Positions 24,401-39,400 of a stretch of 64,000 nucleotides of DNA are shown here, piece after piece; the stretch's first letter is position 1; each line of letters begins with the position of its first letter. The notes beneath the pieces are model-generated. The model was not told where the DNA came from, did no database searches, and worked only from the letters and a program-made list of their open reading frames with translations. Made by a program: the position numbers and the translations under genes. This stretch comes from Amoebophrya sp. A120 (Eukaryota > Protista > Dinoflagellata): contig CAJINV010000006.1 in assembly GCA_905178155.1 (NCBI GenBank), forward strand, positions 2,706,658 to 2,770,657. Reading direction: 5' to 3'.

Positions 24401-27400
24401 AAATAGTACGAGTGCGATACTTTTGTAACGCATAGCGCACGACGGCAGACGAATCCTTCGAGTTCGAGTGCTTGGGTTGTCACTCCGCGAGCCCCACCGG
24501 GCCGACGGCGTATTTACGGTTCGGGCAGTTTGCCGGCTGCGACACCACGGACTTTGACGGCGTGAAGGAACCTTCGGGGACCACGGTTTCGAGGAGTTCT
24601 CTGTTAACCGGCAGCGGAAACATACCGCAAGAAAAAATCGCTTCACTGTAAACTTGTGATGCATGGAATGGAACACAAAACTATTCGTCTTGCTACACAT
24701 GCAAGACATTGGATTTTTAAGGGTGTTTTCCCGTGGGAAGTGCGCATGGCAAATTTTCTGTGCCATGTGTAACAAACTTGTGATGCAGATCTTGCAAAAT
24801 CATCACAGTGAAAGAGTTTTTTCCTGCGATAAAACAAGTACACGATGCGGGTGGACGCCACGACGATGCTGGTAGGGGGCATGTATCGAATGCAAATGTC
24901 CCTGGAGGATGTCTGGAAAGTTGTGATGCTGAGTGGCAACGATTGAACACACTCCTGAGTGCAGCCAGGCATGACAATTTTTTGTTACGCTTTCGCATGC
25001 GAGTTGCGCATTAGAACTAGAAGCTGCGCTTTTAATATTGCACGACAGAAGCAGGAAATTTCGTTTTTGATGTTGGTCATGCAATACAGATTTTACAGGA
25101 ATCCAAGACATGCAACACAGATTCAACTTTTCCAGACATCCAGGGATGCTTGCGGTGCATAGCATGTACCGAATTTGCATGGACTTTGACGGGTACAAAA
25201 CCTTCATGCCCTTTCAGGTGTCGCACCGACGGTTAGTGGTCTCGCCTGTGAAATATCTGCGCAAGAAGTACGTGGCCGCGCCAAACGACCGGGGACTAAC
25301 TTTGGACATGATATGCATTGCAAAAATGTCTGGGTCTGGAAGAGTACAAACTTGTGATGCGCATTTCAGAACACAGAAAAATCTCTCATGCATAGGTACT
25401 AGCAAAAGCTGCCTACTTATTTCTGTCACCAAGATGGGGGACTTGTCATGCGGATTCGGCATGGCGGAAGCTTCTCGAAACCTGTGATGCTAGAGCTTCC
25501 ATGCCAGACCTTCTGCGTCATGCAAAAACAGCATGTCTCTTTCAGACCCAGACATTTTATACATTTGATACATGATGCCGGGGTATGATTTGACCATACG
25601 GGGCTCGGGCTACTTGGGCGAGCGGTGCGATCCGAGTCAGAGTACTGAGAGGAAAAATCCTCTCTCCCCATATCGAAAAGGTATTTTTCCGAAAATTTGT
25701 GTTGCTGATTTGAGACCACAAATCACGCCTGTCTTGCAAGAAGACAAGTGCAGAGGCTTCCGCGCCATTATGGAAGCGATTTGGCATGCTGTTGGGCCTA
25801 GGGGACAGCCGTTTGTAATGGTAAACAACTAGACTTCTCAGACGCCCCTACCTAGGCTAAGGATCTGGCTGCGATGCCGTATAGCAAGACAGCGCGCATT
25901 TGTGTACGGAAATCCAGCATCAGAAACTTCGTCTCGATATCGGGAGGGGGGATCTTTCCTTCTGATACACAGCGGATTCATTTCCGCCGGGCTGGGGCAG
26001 ACAAACCAGTGTCAGATACGGTATGAAGAAACTTTTTACAAAATGCCCTGCGGCCTTGTCGTTGAAAAAAGTTTCATCTTAGTCATGCAGTGATAGAGAG
26101 ACGGTCCTCAACATCTACTTGCGGCGCTTCCATGTTTGCGCTGTTTTCTATCTTCCTTGCGGCGCTTCCGTTCGACGGAGAAAGAAGCGGACCGGGGCGA
26201 CGTATTTCCTGCTGCAAGAAAAAAAAAAAACACTCTATCAGGTACAACACCGTTCTCGGCTACTGGGAATGCACAGTGGAGGCGATCAACCTCCTTACGT
26301 ACATGAAAATCTACAAGTTTTGCTACGACGCAGACGGTATCCTGTGCAAAAGTATCGTACTCGTAGTAATCGCAATCATGCATTACTAATTAATATATTT
26401 ATATAAGGCAAACTTTGGGGCCGGAGAGGGTCCGATAGAGGTTGGGGAGAGGTTTCGTAGAGGTTAGACAGAGGGTCGGAGAGGTAAAGTAGAGGGTCGA
26501 CCAAAACAAGAGGGTCGGGGAGAGGTAAAGCGAGAGGGTACGGAGAGGGTCGGGAGAGGGTGCGCAGTATAGGGGACCGTATAGCGGCGCTATACGCCCG
26601 AAGAGGGTGGGTAGAGGTTGAGTAGGGGTCAAGTAGAGGGTAGGGGGAGAGGGTCGAGAGGGTCAGAGAGGTTCCACAGTATAGGGCGACCCTCTAAGCG
26701 ACCCTCTACATCGACCCTCTCCGGGAACCTCTATTTTACCTCTCTTGTCTGCGCGCGGCGCCCCCTAAAAAAGCTCGCTAGGGCGCTGCATTGTTTTCGC
26801 TTTCAGATCAGAGCGGCCGTTCAAAGTGCGTGCGCCGCTCTGCGTCCCCCAGAGGGGGCGCGGCGCCCCGCCTTAACCTGGTCGGCCACCTAGGGTGGCC
26901 GCAACTTCTTTCCCACAGCGCCCGCGCGCGCTGGCAGCAGGTGCGTCGCCCTTGTGGCGTCTTGAACGTTGGCGCCCGGAAATACTTTCCTGTGCGCATT
27001 TTCCCACGGCGCGCAGCTACTAAGGCCGGGCATGGGGCCCACCCATGCCACAACTTGGGCCGAGCTTTATTTTTTTATTTGGTTGTGAAGCGGCGCGCAG
27101 CGATTCAATGCTGGCGCCACCTTCCCCACCGGAACACCTCCACCGAACAGCCCCCTCCCCGGCGGCCTTCGCCGGGGGGTGGCTGGTTTCCATCCCAAGG
27201 CAAAAAAGCATGACAAATTCCATTTGTCATGCTGGCCGAATTTGTGATGCGATTTCTACTAGTACGATGCTTTTGCAATGCATAGACGGAACCGGGACGG
27301 TGACCCAGTTCCAAGAAACCGGATTCGAGGTGGTGATGGGGATATGCATTGCAAATATCGACCTGGGTCTGGAAAGGTGGAACATGTGATGCTGCATTTG

Positions 27401-30400
27401 GATTCTAGAATATTTTGTATTGCTTGAGCAGCAAAAGGAGTCCAGTTGTACCAGTTTTTGCTACGCGGAAATGGAATTTGTCATGCGGGGTAGGGAGCAT
27501 CACCATCAGCAAGAAGCCTTCAAATAAAACTCTGTGAAGATGCTAGGGCATACATCACAGACATCATGGCGCATGCAAAACCTGCATGACAAAGGAGCTG
27601 CACTCAACCAGACCCAGACAATATTTGCAGTTGATAGGGCATTGGGGAAGAGTTTGGCGGGTTTCAGCTCCCGGTTGGTGGTGCGATTTCCGGGTCTAGT
27701 GTGACCGCGTTGCAGAACACCAAGATTACCATCGGGTGTCCGCAGGCCACCTGTGTGGGTGGCACGATGATGGCTTATCTGTCGCTCGACAAGGGCACCG
27801 CGTTATCCTACGAAAAAAGTTTTTACAGTTACACATTTGTTGTCAATTTAGCAACACAGATTTTCTCAGCATGAGAGGAAAAACTTGCAATGCAGGGATT
27901 ATAGGGGAAAACACGAGGCTCGAAAGCATTTTGCGCATGACAGAGCTTGTCTCTGCTGCTTGGTCTGCAGCATAATGTGTGTAACTGTAAACACTTTTTT
28001 CTTTGCATACGCGTACGAGGACAGAAGTTGCCTCGCGTACGTGTACCAGGGCGGGGTGAACGCCACGGGGATTTACCAAACAGGAGAGGTCACGGGCGTG
28101 CGAAACGCCGCCAACAGCGGGATCGAGTTCACCATCGACGCGTCCGCACTGCAGGGAGGGGCGCGGTACCGCCTGTGTTTGGATCGGGACGGCGCTGCTG
28201 GGACCACGTATGGCTTCGCGGAATCGGGCCTGATTCTCTACATGAGCCCGATTCAGAGCATGGTCACGATCGCGATCTACGAAAAATACAACGACCAAAC
28301 CGTGCAGTTTGTTTGCCCGACCTGCAAGCCCGGGATCACGTTGGCTTACTTAGCGGTTGCCTCGATTTCCGGCTCGGTATCAAGAAGAAAAATCCCCCCT
28401 CCCCATATCAAAGAGGAAATCTGTGATGCAGATTTGTGGTCACAAATCAGCTTTGTCATGCTAGAAGGAAAGACATGCGGAGTGTAGTGCTGGCTGGCGT
28501 GGGAAAGCCTTGCGCCTTCAACATGACAGAGAGCAACTGGAAGTGGGAAACAGCATGACAAATTGCCTGCAAACGAGGTCACAACTGCGGCTCTTGGCCT
28601 TCTGGCATTACAAGTCGATTTGTGTACTCAAATACAGCATCACAAGTTTCGTTTTCGATATGGGGAGGGGGGGTTTTCCTTTTGATACTCGGCGTTTCTG
28701 CACGACGAGCCTTGCGACGTGAACAACGTGATTGGAACCACGGAAAGAAAGGGGAATTTGAACACTATGCAAAGAAAAAAGTGTTGCAGTTACACATCGT
28801 GTTGCGAAACAAGCAAGACAGGCAACCTTTGTGATGCAGGAAATGCTTGCCAGCCTCATTTCGTTCGTGTTTTCCCTTATAGTCCTCTGCGCATCACAGG
28901 TTTTCTTTGCCATGTCGAGCAACTTCGTGATGCAGAAACTCCAAGAACAAATGTGTAAAAACTGTCGCACTTTTTTCCTTGTATAGACACCGAATCCTTC
29001 CCGTTAACCCCCGTGACTGTCGGGTCGACGACGTTTGAAATGAAGCCGATCTACACATTATGCATTGCAAATATCTACCCTGGATGTCTGGAAGGATGCA
29101 ATGTTTGTCTATAATGCTTGTCTGGCATGACTGAAGAGTTTGTGATGCGTCTGTAGGAAGAGACCCTTTTGCTCGTGACGCAGTTTGTCATGCGGAAAAC
29201 GCAACACCAAGCCGCGCAAATCTTTCCCGTGATGCTTGGCTTTGCATTACAGAGCGTTCACTATTCGCAGCTCAGCATTACAAGGTTCCAGACGTCCAGG
29301 GATATTTGCATTGGATACCCATCGATTCTCCGGGCGGGGCAGTTTTACAAAATCTGCATCGACCTGGACGGGACGTCGCCCAGTTTAGGCGTCGGCTACA
29401 GTGGGTATAATGTTTACATTTCCACGGTCTGGCGCGTCGAGCCCCGGGCGATTGCGCCGGTGACGAGAGTGTTGATCCAGCTGTACTGCGACCACTGCAA
29501 CCCGGAGGCAGATTTGACGGAACTGCACGTAGCGAGGGAGTATCCAAGTGAAAAATCCCGCCTTCCCATATTGAAACGGAAATTTCTGTTGCTGGATTTG
29601 TGTACACAGATCAGCTCTGTCTTGCAGTGAGGCAACGCAGGCAAAGCCTACGCCTGTGCAGGGGTGTTTTGGTGTGGGTGCTTAGCATAGCAGAGGGCCT
29701 CCATGTAGCCGTAACAGCATTACAAATCTCCTCCATATTAAGACGGCGGATTCTTTGGATTTGCCCCCTTGCAAGAGAGGCAGGAGTTGTGGTCACAAGT
29801 CAGCATCGCAAATTTTTAGGCGCATACCTTTTCAGTATGGGAAGGGGGGACTTTTCCGCACAATAGGGAATGTGATTTCACCAGGATCGGTGGAAACCAG
29901 CGGTTACTCGGCGTCGACGGATTCTCCTCAACGAGTGTCCTGCTAGTCGGCAACGCGGGGTCTTCCGCTCTGGAAAACACCCGGCAGTTTATCGACTCCA
30001 GACCTTTGACCCCGGGGGAGAATTACAACGTCTGCACGGATTATCCTGAGTAAAAACGCCTTCACCGCATAGTCCAGATGGGAAATCTGCTACACAAATC
30101 CCCAAGTTTTGGGAGTTGCGCATGACAAGTTTGCCTCTGCATTGTAGTGCTGGTTAGCAAGGGAAGCCGCATGAGAAAGCCGTTCTCTCATCCTGTTTAC
30201 AGCATCACAAATTCCAAAACACGACTGGAAATGCCTCTTATGGAGCTGCGCATTACAAATGTTCTTGTCATTGCGCATTTGCATGACAACGCTGGGGTGG
30301 GGACTTTTTTACACAGGATACGGATACCGATGGCGAAGCGTTTGTGCGCGCGATGGGCGACACGGGGTTGCGGCTGTACACAAACTCCATTCTTGCGGTG

Positions 30401-33400
30401 GATAAGTTTGTGATTAAGAAGACCAACAACCAGACTTTGACCTTCACCTGCTCGGCCGCAGACACGCCGACCTGTACCGAGAACTCTATCCCACACGAAA
30501 AAGCAGTAAGGTCGTGTTTGTGATGCAAAAACAAATACATAGAAAAAAATGTCATAGGGGGCCCCCCCGTAGCGTGCTGTTTAGGATATGCAATACAGAT
30601 GTTTTTGTGTATTTATTTTTGCATTACAAATGTGACCTGTGTGCTTTTTGTTTTTTCTGTGTGATAAACTCCACGGTTTACTTGGGCGAATTCGACTGCG
30701 ACCGAACGGATAACGGTGGGGTGAAGCAGGCAAACCCCACCGCGAACTCCGCGAGTACGAATTTAACCTCTATCGGCAGCAATATGTACACCGCGATTTT
30801 TGACGCGACCGATCTCCGCGCGGGCTGGTACTATCGAGTTTGCCAGGACATAGACGGGCCGCACGGTCCAGCGTACTTTGGGGACACGGGCTACGACATT
30901 TACATCTCGCCGTTCAAAACCCTCAGCAACCACGGCGCGATTGAGAAAGCGAGTAACACCCACGCGGTGAACATTTTGACCGTGACGTGTTGGGACGGGT
31001 CGGGCTGCAGTGCGAACACGAGAATACACGTCGACACCAGTTGCAACAAGGACGTGTTAGATGGGTTGAATACACCGGTGGCCGGCACATCTGGGTTATG
31101 AATTCCAAAAGTACTATCGTACTAGTAGAAATCGCATGACAAGTAATTTGCTCCGCATGAGAAATGGAATTTGTAATGCGGGCACACCCACAGAAAAAGA
31201 TTTGTAATGCATGAGTGCAATTGCTACGAACTGCATCGGATAAGTACTTTTGCACAGCATATGGGTCCGACGTGAATCTCGTGCAGAACCCGTTAAACGC
31301 CGCGGAATTTTTCGCTGCACTTATGCAAGAAAAAAACTGTGTAAGTGTAACTCTGTAATGCAGAACATGCAACAGAGTTACACCTGTCATGCCAGACAAC
31401 CATGAAGTCCTCTGTTCATGTGTGTTTTCCCTTACAAGCCACGCATGACAGGTATGTAAAGCAAATTTGTGATGCTGCCAGCCAAAGAAAGTTTACACTA
31501 ACACAGTTTTTTCGTGATAGCACTGGACGCAGCACTACTCACAGTCGGCAACGCCTACGTTCTGTGTATTGATTTAGACGGGTACACGACGGTCGCACCC
31601 TGGGGGGAATCTGGATTTCCGATTTACATCAGAAATTTGCTCACGGCGACAAACAAACGAAGCGAGATCCGCTCCGTGCCGAAGAAGCAGTTTCAGGTAT
31701 TACAATGAAAAATGCCCCCACCCCCGAACTTGGGAGCATTTGTATTGCAAAACTTTCCAAATGAAATATTCGCCCTCTTGCATCTATCAGCATCACAGGT
31801 TTCCAATCGTGAATAGCAAAAATTTGTATTGCAAAAGACCCCAGCAAGATCGGCGCTTGTCATCCAAGCGATGCGATACACGCCGAGACTCTGCATCGGA
31901 GAGATTCATACTCCTTTCATGCATGACAAAAAGTTTTCATTTGGAAACTTCGCATCACAAATTTTTGCAATTTCAGGGGTGGGGGGCACTTTTCATTGTA
32001 ATATCAGAAGCTCTTTTTCACCGGCACGTCGAGTTCGGTGATTAGCTCGTATGAGAGTGCACAACTATTCCCCCTCTCCCTCATTTGTATAGCATGGACA
32101 GCAATACAAGCACCAGCACGCGTGGAGCCTACGCATCACAAATTTGCGCACCTATTGCAGTACTGTTCAGGCTTCCGGAACAATTCGTCATGCAAGCAGC
32201 GCCACACGGCAGCGATAACTGGATTTGGAATTTTGCATGACAAGTGAGGGGGAGGGAGAGTTGTGCACTGTCATAGCTCGGAGACCACGGTGTATTTAGA
32301 CCTAAACGGGTGCGACACCAGTGTCGGATTATCAAATGTAAAAATGTCTGGGTCTGGAAACTTGTGATGCTGGGTGGCGTATCATGAGGAGGCCACAAGT
32401 GCTGGCTCAGCATGAGAAGTTTCTGAGCTTCTAGCTGTTGCCTATTCTGCATGACAAACTGCGTTTCTGCGTGACAGAAAAGTGGCGCTCTTGGGTAACG
32501 TGCATGACGGATTTGAGAGTCATGCCAGACACGCATGACAAACATGGACTCTTCCAGACCCAGACATTTTTACATTTGATACGGATCTGGGTACAACCAA
32601 ATCACCGCTCTTGGGTCGACGAGGTCCAGTAGTTATGGATTGTAAATATGTTTGGGTCTGGAAGAATACAAACTTGTGATGCGCATTTCAGAACACAGAA
32701 AAATCTCTCATGCATAGGTAGCAAAAGCTGCCCACTTTCTGTCACCAAAATGGGGGATCTGTCATGCGGATTCGGCATAGCGGAAGCTTCTCGAAACCTG
32801 TGATGCTAGAGCTTCCATGCCAGACCTTCTGTGTCATGCAAAAACAGCATGGCTCTCCTAGACCCAGACACTTTTACACTGGATAGTAGTCAGCAGTTTT
32901 CCGGGGACCCCTCGGGCACCATGGAGACGGAGTTGGATTGCAGTAATTTAGACACCGGGTTTTTTTACCACCTGTGCCTCGACCAGGAGGGCAGCGGGAA
33001 CCCGAAGAATTTCGGGGATTCTGGTTTTCAGTTCTTCGTGACCCCCTACATCAGCCTTCACTACACCACAGCAATGCTCGCGATCCAGCCGAGTTACTCC
33101 ACGATATCAAATGCAAATATGTCTGCGTCTGGAAGGATGCAAGGTTTGTCATGCACATTTTGCATGACTCTTGACGTCTGTGATGCACGCCCTAGCATCA
33201 CAGATTTTCTGAGGGCTTCCGGATGCCTATACTGCATGAGAAATGCCAGCTCGCCGTGGCAAAAACTGGACCTCTTTTGCTGTTCATGATGCAATACAGA
33301 TTTTGGTAGTATCCAAATGCAGCATCAGAAGTTTCATCTCCTTCCAGACCCAGACAAATTTGCAATGCATACACGAACTCTGTGTACGAAACCGCGGTTG

Positions 33401-36400
33401 CTGGACTCGCCTCAATATCCTGTGCAAAAGTATTGCACTCGTAGTAATCGCAGCCATGCATTACAAATCTCCTTCTTAACCAAAATCCGCATTACAAATT
33501 CCATTTTTCATGCTGAGGGAATTAGTCATGCGATTTCTACTAGTACGATGCTTTTGCATTTGATACTCAAACGTCGCTTCCACCTTTTTTGACCAAACGA
33601 CGAAATTATCCAAATTGAAGATCAACTGCCCAACGTGTCAAGACAACGTCACCATGAGCTACTTGACCTTCGCGCCCTCGCGTTCCTTATGCACTGCAAA
33701 TATAATCCCTGGATGTCTGGATAAATGCAGATGTTTGTTGTAATGCAGGTTTTGCATGACCCAAAGTGTCTGGCATGCAGGAACCAGCATCACAGGTCGT
33801 TATTCTAGAGCTTCACGATGCGTACTGTGCATGAGAAATCCGCTCTCAATACATGACCAAAAATTATAGGCAGCTTTTGCTGTTTATGCAAGACAGATTT
33901 TTATGGGATCTGAAATGCGCATCACAAGTTGCGACCTTCTAGACATGATCCGGGGATATTTGCAATTCATACTCCTGTCCGGATTACTTCGAAACGAATT
34001 CAGATCCGAGGGTATCCTGTGCAAAAGTATCGTACCCGTACTAATTGCAGTTATGCATTGCAAATCTTTTTCGTAAGGCAAATCCGCATTACAAATTTAA
34101 TTTGTAATGCGAAGTAAATTTCTATTGCAATTTCTACTAGTACGATAGTACTTTTGCAATGCATAGAGGGTGTTATCCGACAATCTGCTCGCCGGCGATC
34201 CGAACTTGGCCGGGATAATAACGAAGACGGGGCTGTTACAGCGCGATTTGAACTACACGCTGCACAATTACAAGTACGACGTGGAGTTCTCGACGGATAA
34301 AATGCTAGTCGGGGGCCATTACTGGCTTTGCGTCGACCAGGACGGCATCGGGGATACCCACACGGTGGGGCACAGTAGCTACAAAATCTACAACAGCCCA
34401 ATCCCCACCGAGCACATCGGCGCCGTGCCCACACAGGACGCGCAAACGATCACTTTCACGTGTTTCGGCTGCACGACGAACACCTACGCGTATTTAACGC
34501 GGCAGCGGGGGGATGAGCCAACCGGGTGTCACGATACGAGAACCGGGACGACGAGACTATCAAATGCAAATATATGTTTGGGTCTGGAAGATCCCGAGAT
34601 TTGTCATGCAGTTTATCCAATCTCCACCAAGCCTGGAATGCAGATTCTAGTATCACATGATTTGCAGCCCCATTGGTGATGCCTGTTCTGCATGAGAAAT
34701 GCCCTCTCACCATGGCCAGAAATGGGCACCTTTTGCAAGTCACGCAACACAGATGTTTGTACGATCCGCAACATGCATCACAAGTTCGCATCCTTCCAGA
34801 CCCCGACAAATTTGCATTGCATAGAGACCCAGAGTGGACAATACGGGAAACGAAAACAACGCCCCAGCTTTATCAAAAGGAAAAATCCCCCCTCCCCATA
34901 TCGAAAACGAAATTTGTTTTGCTGTATTTGAGTACACAAATCGACTTGTAATGCTAGAAGGCCAAGAGACGCAGCTGTGGCCTCGGTTGCAGGCATATAT
35001 TGTCATGCTGTTTCCCACTTCCAGCTGCCCCCTGTCATGCTGAAGATGCAAAGGTTTATTCCCACGCCAACCAGCACTACAGTCCGCATCTTTTCCCTTC
35101 TAGCATCACAAAGCTGATTTGCGACCACAAATCTGCATCGCAAATTTCTAGTTCGAGTATGGGGTGGGGGGATTTTTCACTTTGATAGGCTTTGATCACA
35201 CTCGTGAACGCAGACACATACCAGTGGTCACTCACCTTTGACTATCAAATGTAAAAATGTCTGGGTCTGGAAACTTGTAATGCTGCGTTGGGAATAGTGA
35301 ATGCTCTGTAATGCACAGCCAAGCATGAGAAATGTCTGCGCTTCTTTCTGTTGCGTTTTTCGCATGACAAACCGCGTTTTTGCATGACAGGCAAAAGGGT
35401 ATCTTCTTGGACACGCATCACAAACTTTCTGGTCATGCCAGACAAGCATGACAAACCTCAGCAATCTTCCAGACCCAGACATATCTACATTTGATATCGA
35501 CGCCCGGCCGTTCTACCAGGGAGAGCTGTACATTCTCTGCATGGATTTAGACGGGGACTTAACAACCTTTTACAACGTATCAAAAGGAAAAATGCCCAAT
35601 ATCGGAAGCGAAATTTGTGCTGCTGTATTTGGGTACACAAATCGACTTGTATTGCTAGAAGGCCAAGAGATTCAGCTGTGGGCTGAACTACAGGCATATA
35701 TTGTCATGCTGTTTCCCACTTCCAGTCGCCTCCTGTCATGCGGGAGATGCAAGGCTTGCCCACGCTAGCCAGCACTAGTACAGTCCCCATCTTTTGCCTT
35801 CTAGCATCACAGAGCTGATTTGTGACCACAAATCTGCATCACAGATTTCCGTTGTGAGAGGGGGCATTTTTCATTGTAATAGAACGGCGCGAGCTACACA
35901 CTGTACTACGGCGACACGGGTGCGAAGCTGTTCCTGTCATTGGTTTATCAAATGCAAATATGTGGGCTGGGTCTGGAAACTTTTAATGCTGGGTTGGGAA
36001 TAGTGAACGCTCTATAATGCACAGCCAAGCATGAGAAATGTCTGCGCTGCTTAGTGTTGCGCTTTCCGCATGACAAACTGCATCGCTGCATGACAATCAA
36101 AGTGGTCTCTTCTTGAACACGCATCACAAGCTCTTCAGTCATGCCTGGCAAGCATGACAGACCTTGCATCCTTCCAGACCCAGACATATTTGCAATGCAT
36201 ATGGTTACCGCCTTGAAGACCGGGAGTAGGCGGCTTTTGCCGCAAGCGAGCCAGCGGGTGAATTACATCACGCCGTTTGGCGGGCAGGCGACAGAAATTA
36301 GGGTGTACTTGGTTCACCTCTACGGGAAGTGCGAATACGATTTGAACACGGGGGTGATGACAGCGGACGGGGAATTCCGAACCGCGACCGCAGCGTGGCA

Positions 36401-39400
36401 AAACCAGGCGGGCCAGTGGTACAGCATGTTTGACGCCAGCCCCTTGCGGAAGGGTCAAGTTTACCGATTGTGCATGGACTACGACGGGATTAACACAGAA
36501 AAATATTTCGCCGACATGTTTTTGCTATGCATTGCAAAAGCATCGTACTAGTAGAAATTGCAACACAAATTCGGCCAGCATGACAAATGGAATTTGTCAT
36601 GCTGTTTTGCCTTGGGATGGAAATTTGTAATGCATGATTGCGATTAGTACGAGTATGATACAACTTTTGCACAGGATATTTGCAAGTGTACGTCCTCGAC
36701 ATCGACATTCTCACGCCGGGAATCATCCAGCAGGCGAACCAAGTCGTGCAGTTCCGTTGCGCGGACTGCCTGGATCAGCAGACGTCAGTTTACTTAACTT
36801 CCGCCGACGACTGCGACATCTTCACAAACGACGGATCGCACACCGCAAGCGCGCCAGTCACGACGAACGCCGTTCTACTCGACCAGGTCGGGTCGGCGTC
36901 GAGTACGACTTTTCAGGCGACTTTGGACGCTGCACTACTGACGAGTGGGAACCGGTACAAGGTCTGCTTGGATTTAGACGGGCGGAACGGGACGTTGCCC
37001 TTTGGATACACGGAATTATCCACCTACATCACGGGCGCGACGCTCGCGTTTGACACCAGTATCCCGGCGCTGCCGAGCCAGCAGTTCACGGTCTATTGCT
37101 CGGTGTGCACCTCCGCGACCACCTTGTACTTGGCAGCGAAATCCGTCGGTTGCGACACCTATCAAATGTAAAAATGTCTGGGTCTGGAAACTTGTGATGC
37201 TGGAAGGCGTCTCATGATGAGGCCACAAGTGCTGGCTCAGCATGACAAGTTTCCGAGCTACTAGGTGTTGCCTATTCTGCATGACAAACTGCGTTTCTGC
37301 ATCAGAGAAAAATGGAGGTCTTGGGTAACGTGCATGACAGATTTAAGAGTCATGCCAGACAAGCATGACAAACATGCACTCTTCCAGACCCAGACACTTT
37401 TGCATTTGATAACACTACGGATTTCGACGCGGGGCAGGTGTCTCAGGGCGCCAGTTCCTCCGGCTTCGCGCCGTTTGTGTTGCAGAGCACGACGAGCACG
37501 ACGAAGTTGTGGTCGGTCACTGTCGATGCCTCTGCCTTGACCGTGGGCTCCTACTACACGATCTGCACGGATCTGGACGGCACGGCGACCGCGTTAGCCT
37601 CCGGTATGCAGTGTAAAAGTAGCGCACTCGTAAGTAGTACTTCTATATTCTTGCAGCTATGCATGACAAATTCTTTTCCTAGGTCAAATCAGCATGGCAA
37701 GTTCCATTTGCAAAAATGCTGAGCCAGTTTGTGATGCAGTTTCTACTTACGTAGTGCGATGCATTTGCAGTTCATATCCGGGGACGCGCAGCAATTCGTG
37801 TACATTTCCCCGCCGAATTTGAAGTGGCGCAGCGACCAGATCAACCAGACTTTCATCTACAATGCGGAATCCTACTCCACCCCCGGGGTCATCACGGTCG
37901 ACCCCGCGACGGGGGAAATGCGGTCGGACTCCGGGGAATCCGCGACGTTTTACCAAGCAATTGACGACGCGCAGGGCAAATCGAATTTGTTTAAACGGTC
38001 GGATAACTGGATCAAACAGTACTCCAACGTGATTTTTTATCCCACGAAAAAACTGTTTCACTGTGATGGTTTCTTTTGCAAGATCCGCATCACAAGTTTG
38101 CTACACATGACACAGAAAATTTGCCATGCGCGCTTTCCAAGGGAAAACACGCTGAAAAATCCAATGCCTTACAGGTGTAGCAAGACAAATAGTTCTGTGT
38201 TCCATTCTATGCGTCACAAGTTCACAGCGAAGCAGTTTTTTCTTGCGATATTTTATCGGATCAGAACCAGGAGCTCTTCATCCACTGTCCGACCGGATGT
38301 TATCAAATGCAATAATATGTCAGGGTCGTCTGGAAGATTGCGAGACTTGTCATGCGGGTTTTCCATGATTCATGAGGTCTGGTGTAAAGGACGAAGCATG
38401 ACAGATTCATCTTTGAAATCTTTCTCATGCCTAGCCTGCATGAGAAACTTCCTCTCAAGAAATTGTTCAAACGTGGACATCAACTTTAGATGTTTTGTAA
38501 CCATGCAACACAAATTTTTTTCCAATCGAGACTTGGCATGACAAGGTGCAATCTTCCAGACCCAAACCACATATTTGCAATGCATAGATGCACGGAAAAC
38601 ACCACCGCGTATCTCGGGACAAACTGCCAGGCCGGGGATCCGGGTAAGATCACGACGATTGGAAACACGAAGTTGGAGCTGGTGAATGAGTATGAAATGC
38701 AAAAATGTCTGGGTCTGGAAAGTTGGAACTTGTGATGCTAACTTTGGACTCTAAAAAAATCTGTATTGCATGACCAGCAAGAGGAGCCACATTTGTGCTA
38801 CGCGAGGAGGGCACTTGTCATGCAGAAATGACATCAGGAAGCTTTCCAAAAATCTGTGATGCTGGGTCATGCATTACAAGCATCATGGGTCATGCCAGAC
38901 AAGCATGACAAGCCTTCCATTCTTCCAGACCCAGACATTTTTACATTTGATAATGAGGTAGCTGCTTCCATCATCTCGAAAAACATCATCGACGGCAGCA
39001 AGTCTGTTTCTTACGGATCCAACACGCTGTTTAAGTTGACGTTAGACACCTCCGCCGTTTTAACCGGGGGCTATTGGAAGCTGTGCTTGATCACCGGGCA
39101 GGAGGCTTTGGAATCCGGGTTTTCCCAGCTCTACGTCCACACGACCCCCGCGATCAACATGGAAAATCGGCTGCGGTACTTCGAGCAGAAACTGGACCAA
39201 GTCATCACTTTTGAGTGCCCGACTTGCATATGAAATGCAAAAATGTCTGGGTCTGGAAAAGTGTACTTAGACTTGTCTTGCGGATTTTCCATGACCCACG
39301 AGGTCTGGAATGCGGGACTTAGCATGACAGACTCTGCGAAGTCTCTGTCATGCCTATCCTGCATGACAAACTCCTTTCCAACTATGGTCAAAAGTGGACA

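Noticed and set aside
26022-26241. TATG start suggesting another introner
   Set aside because: No TIR or TSD; better explained as the canonical intron GTATGA...TCAG.
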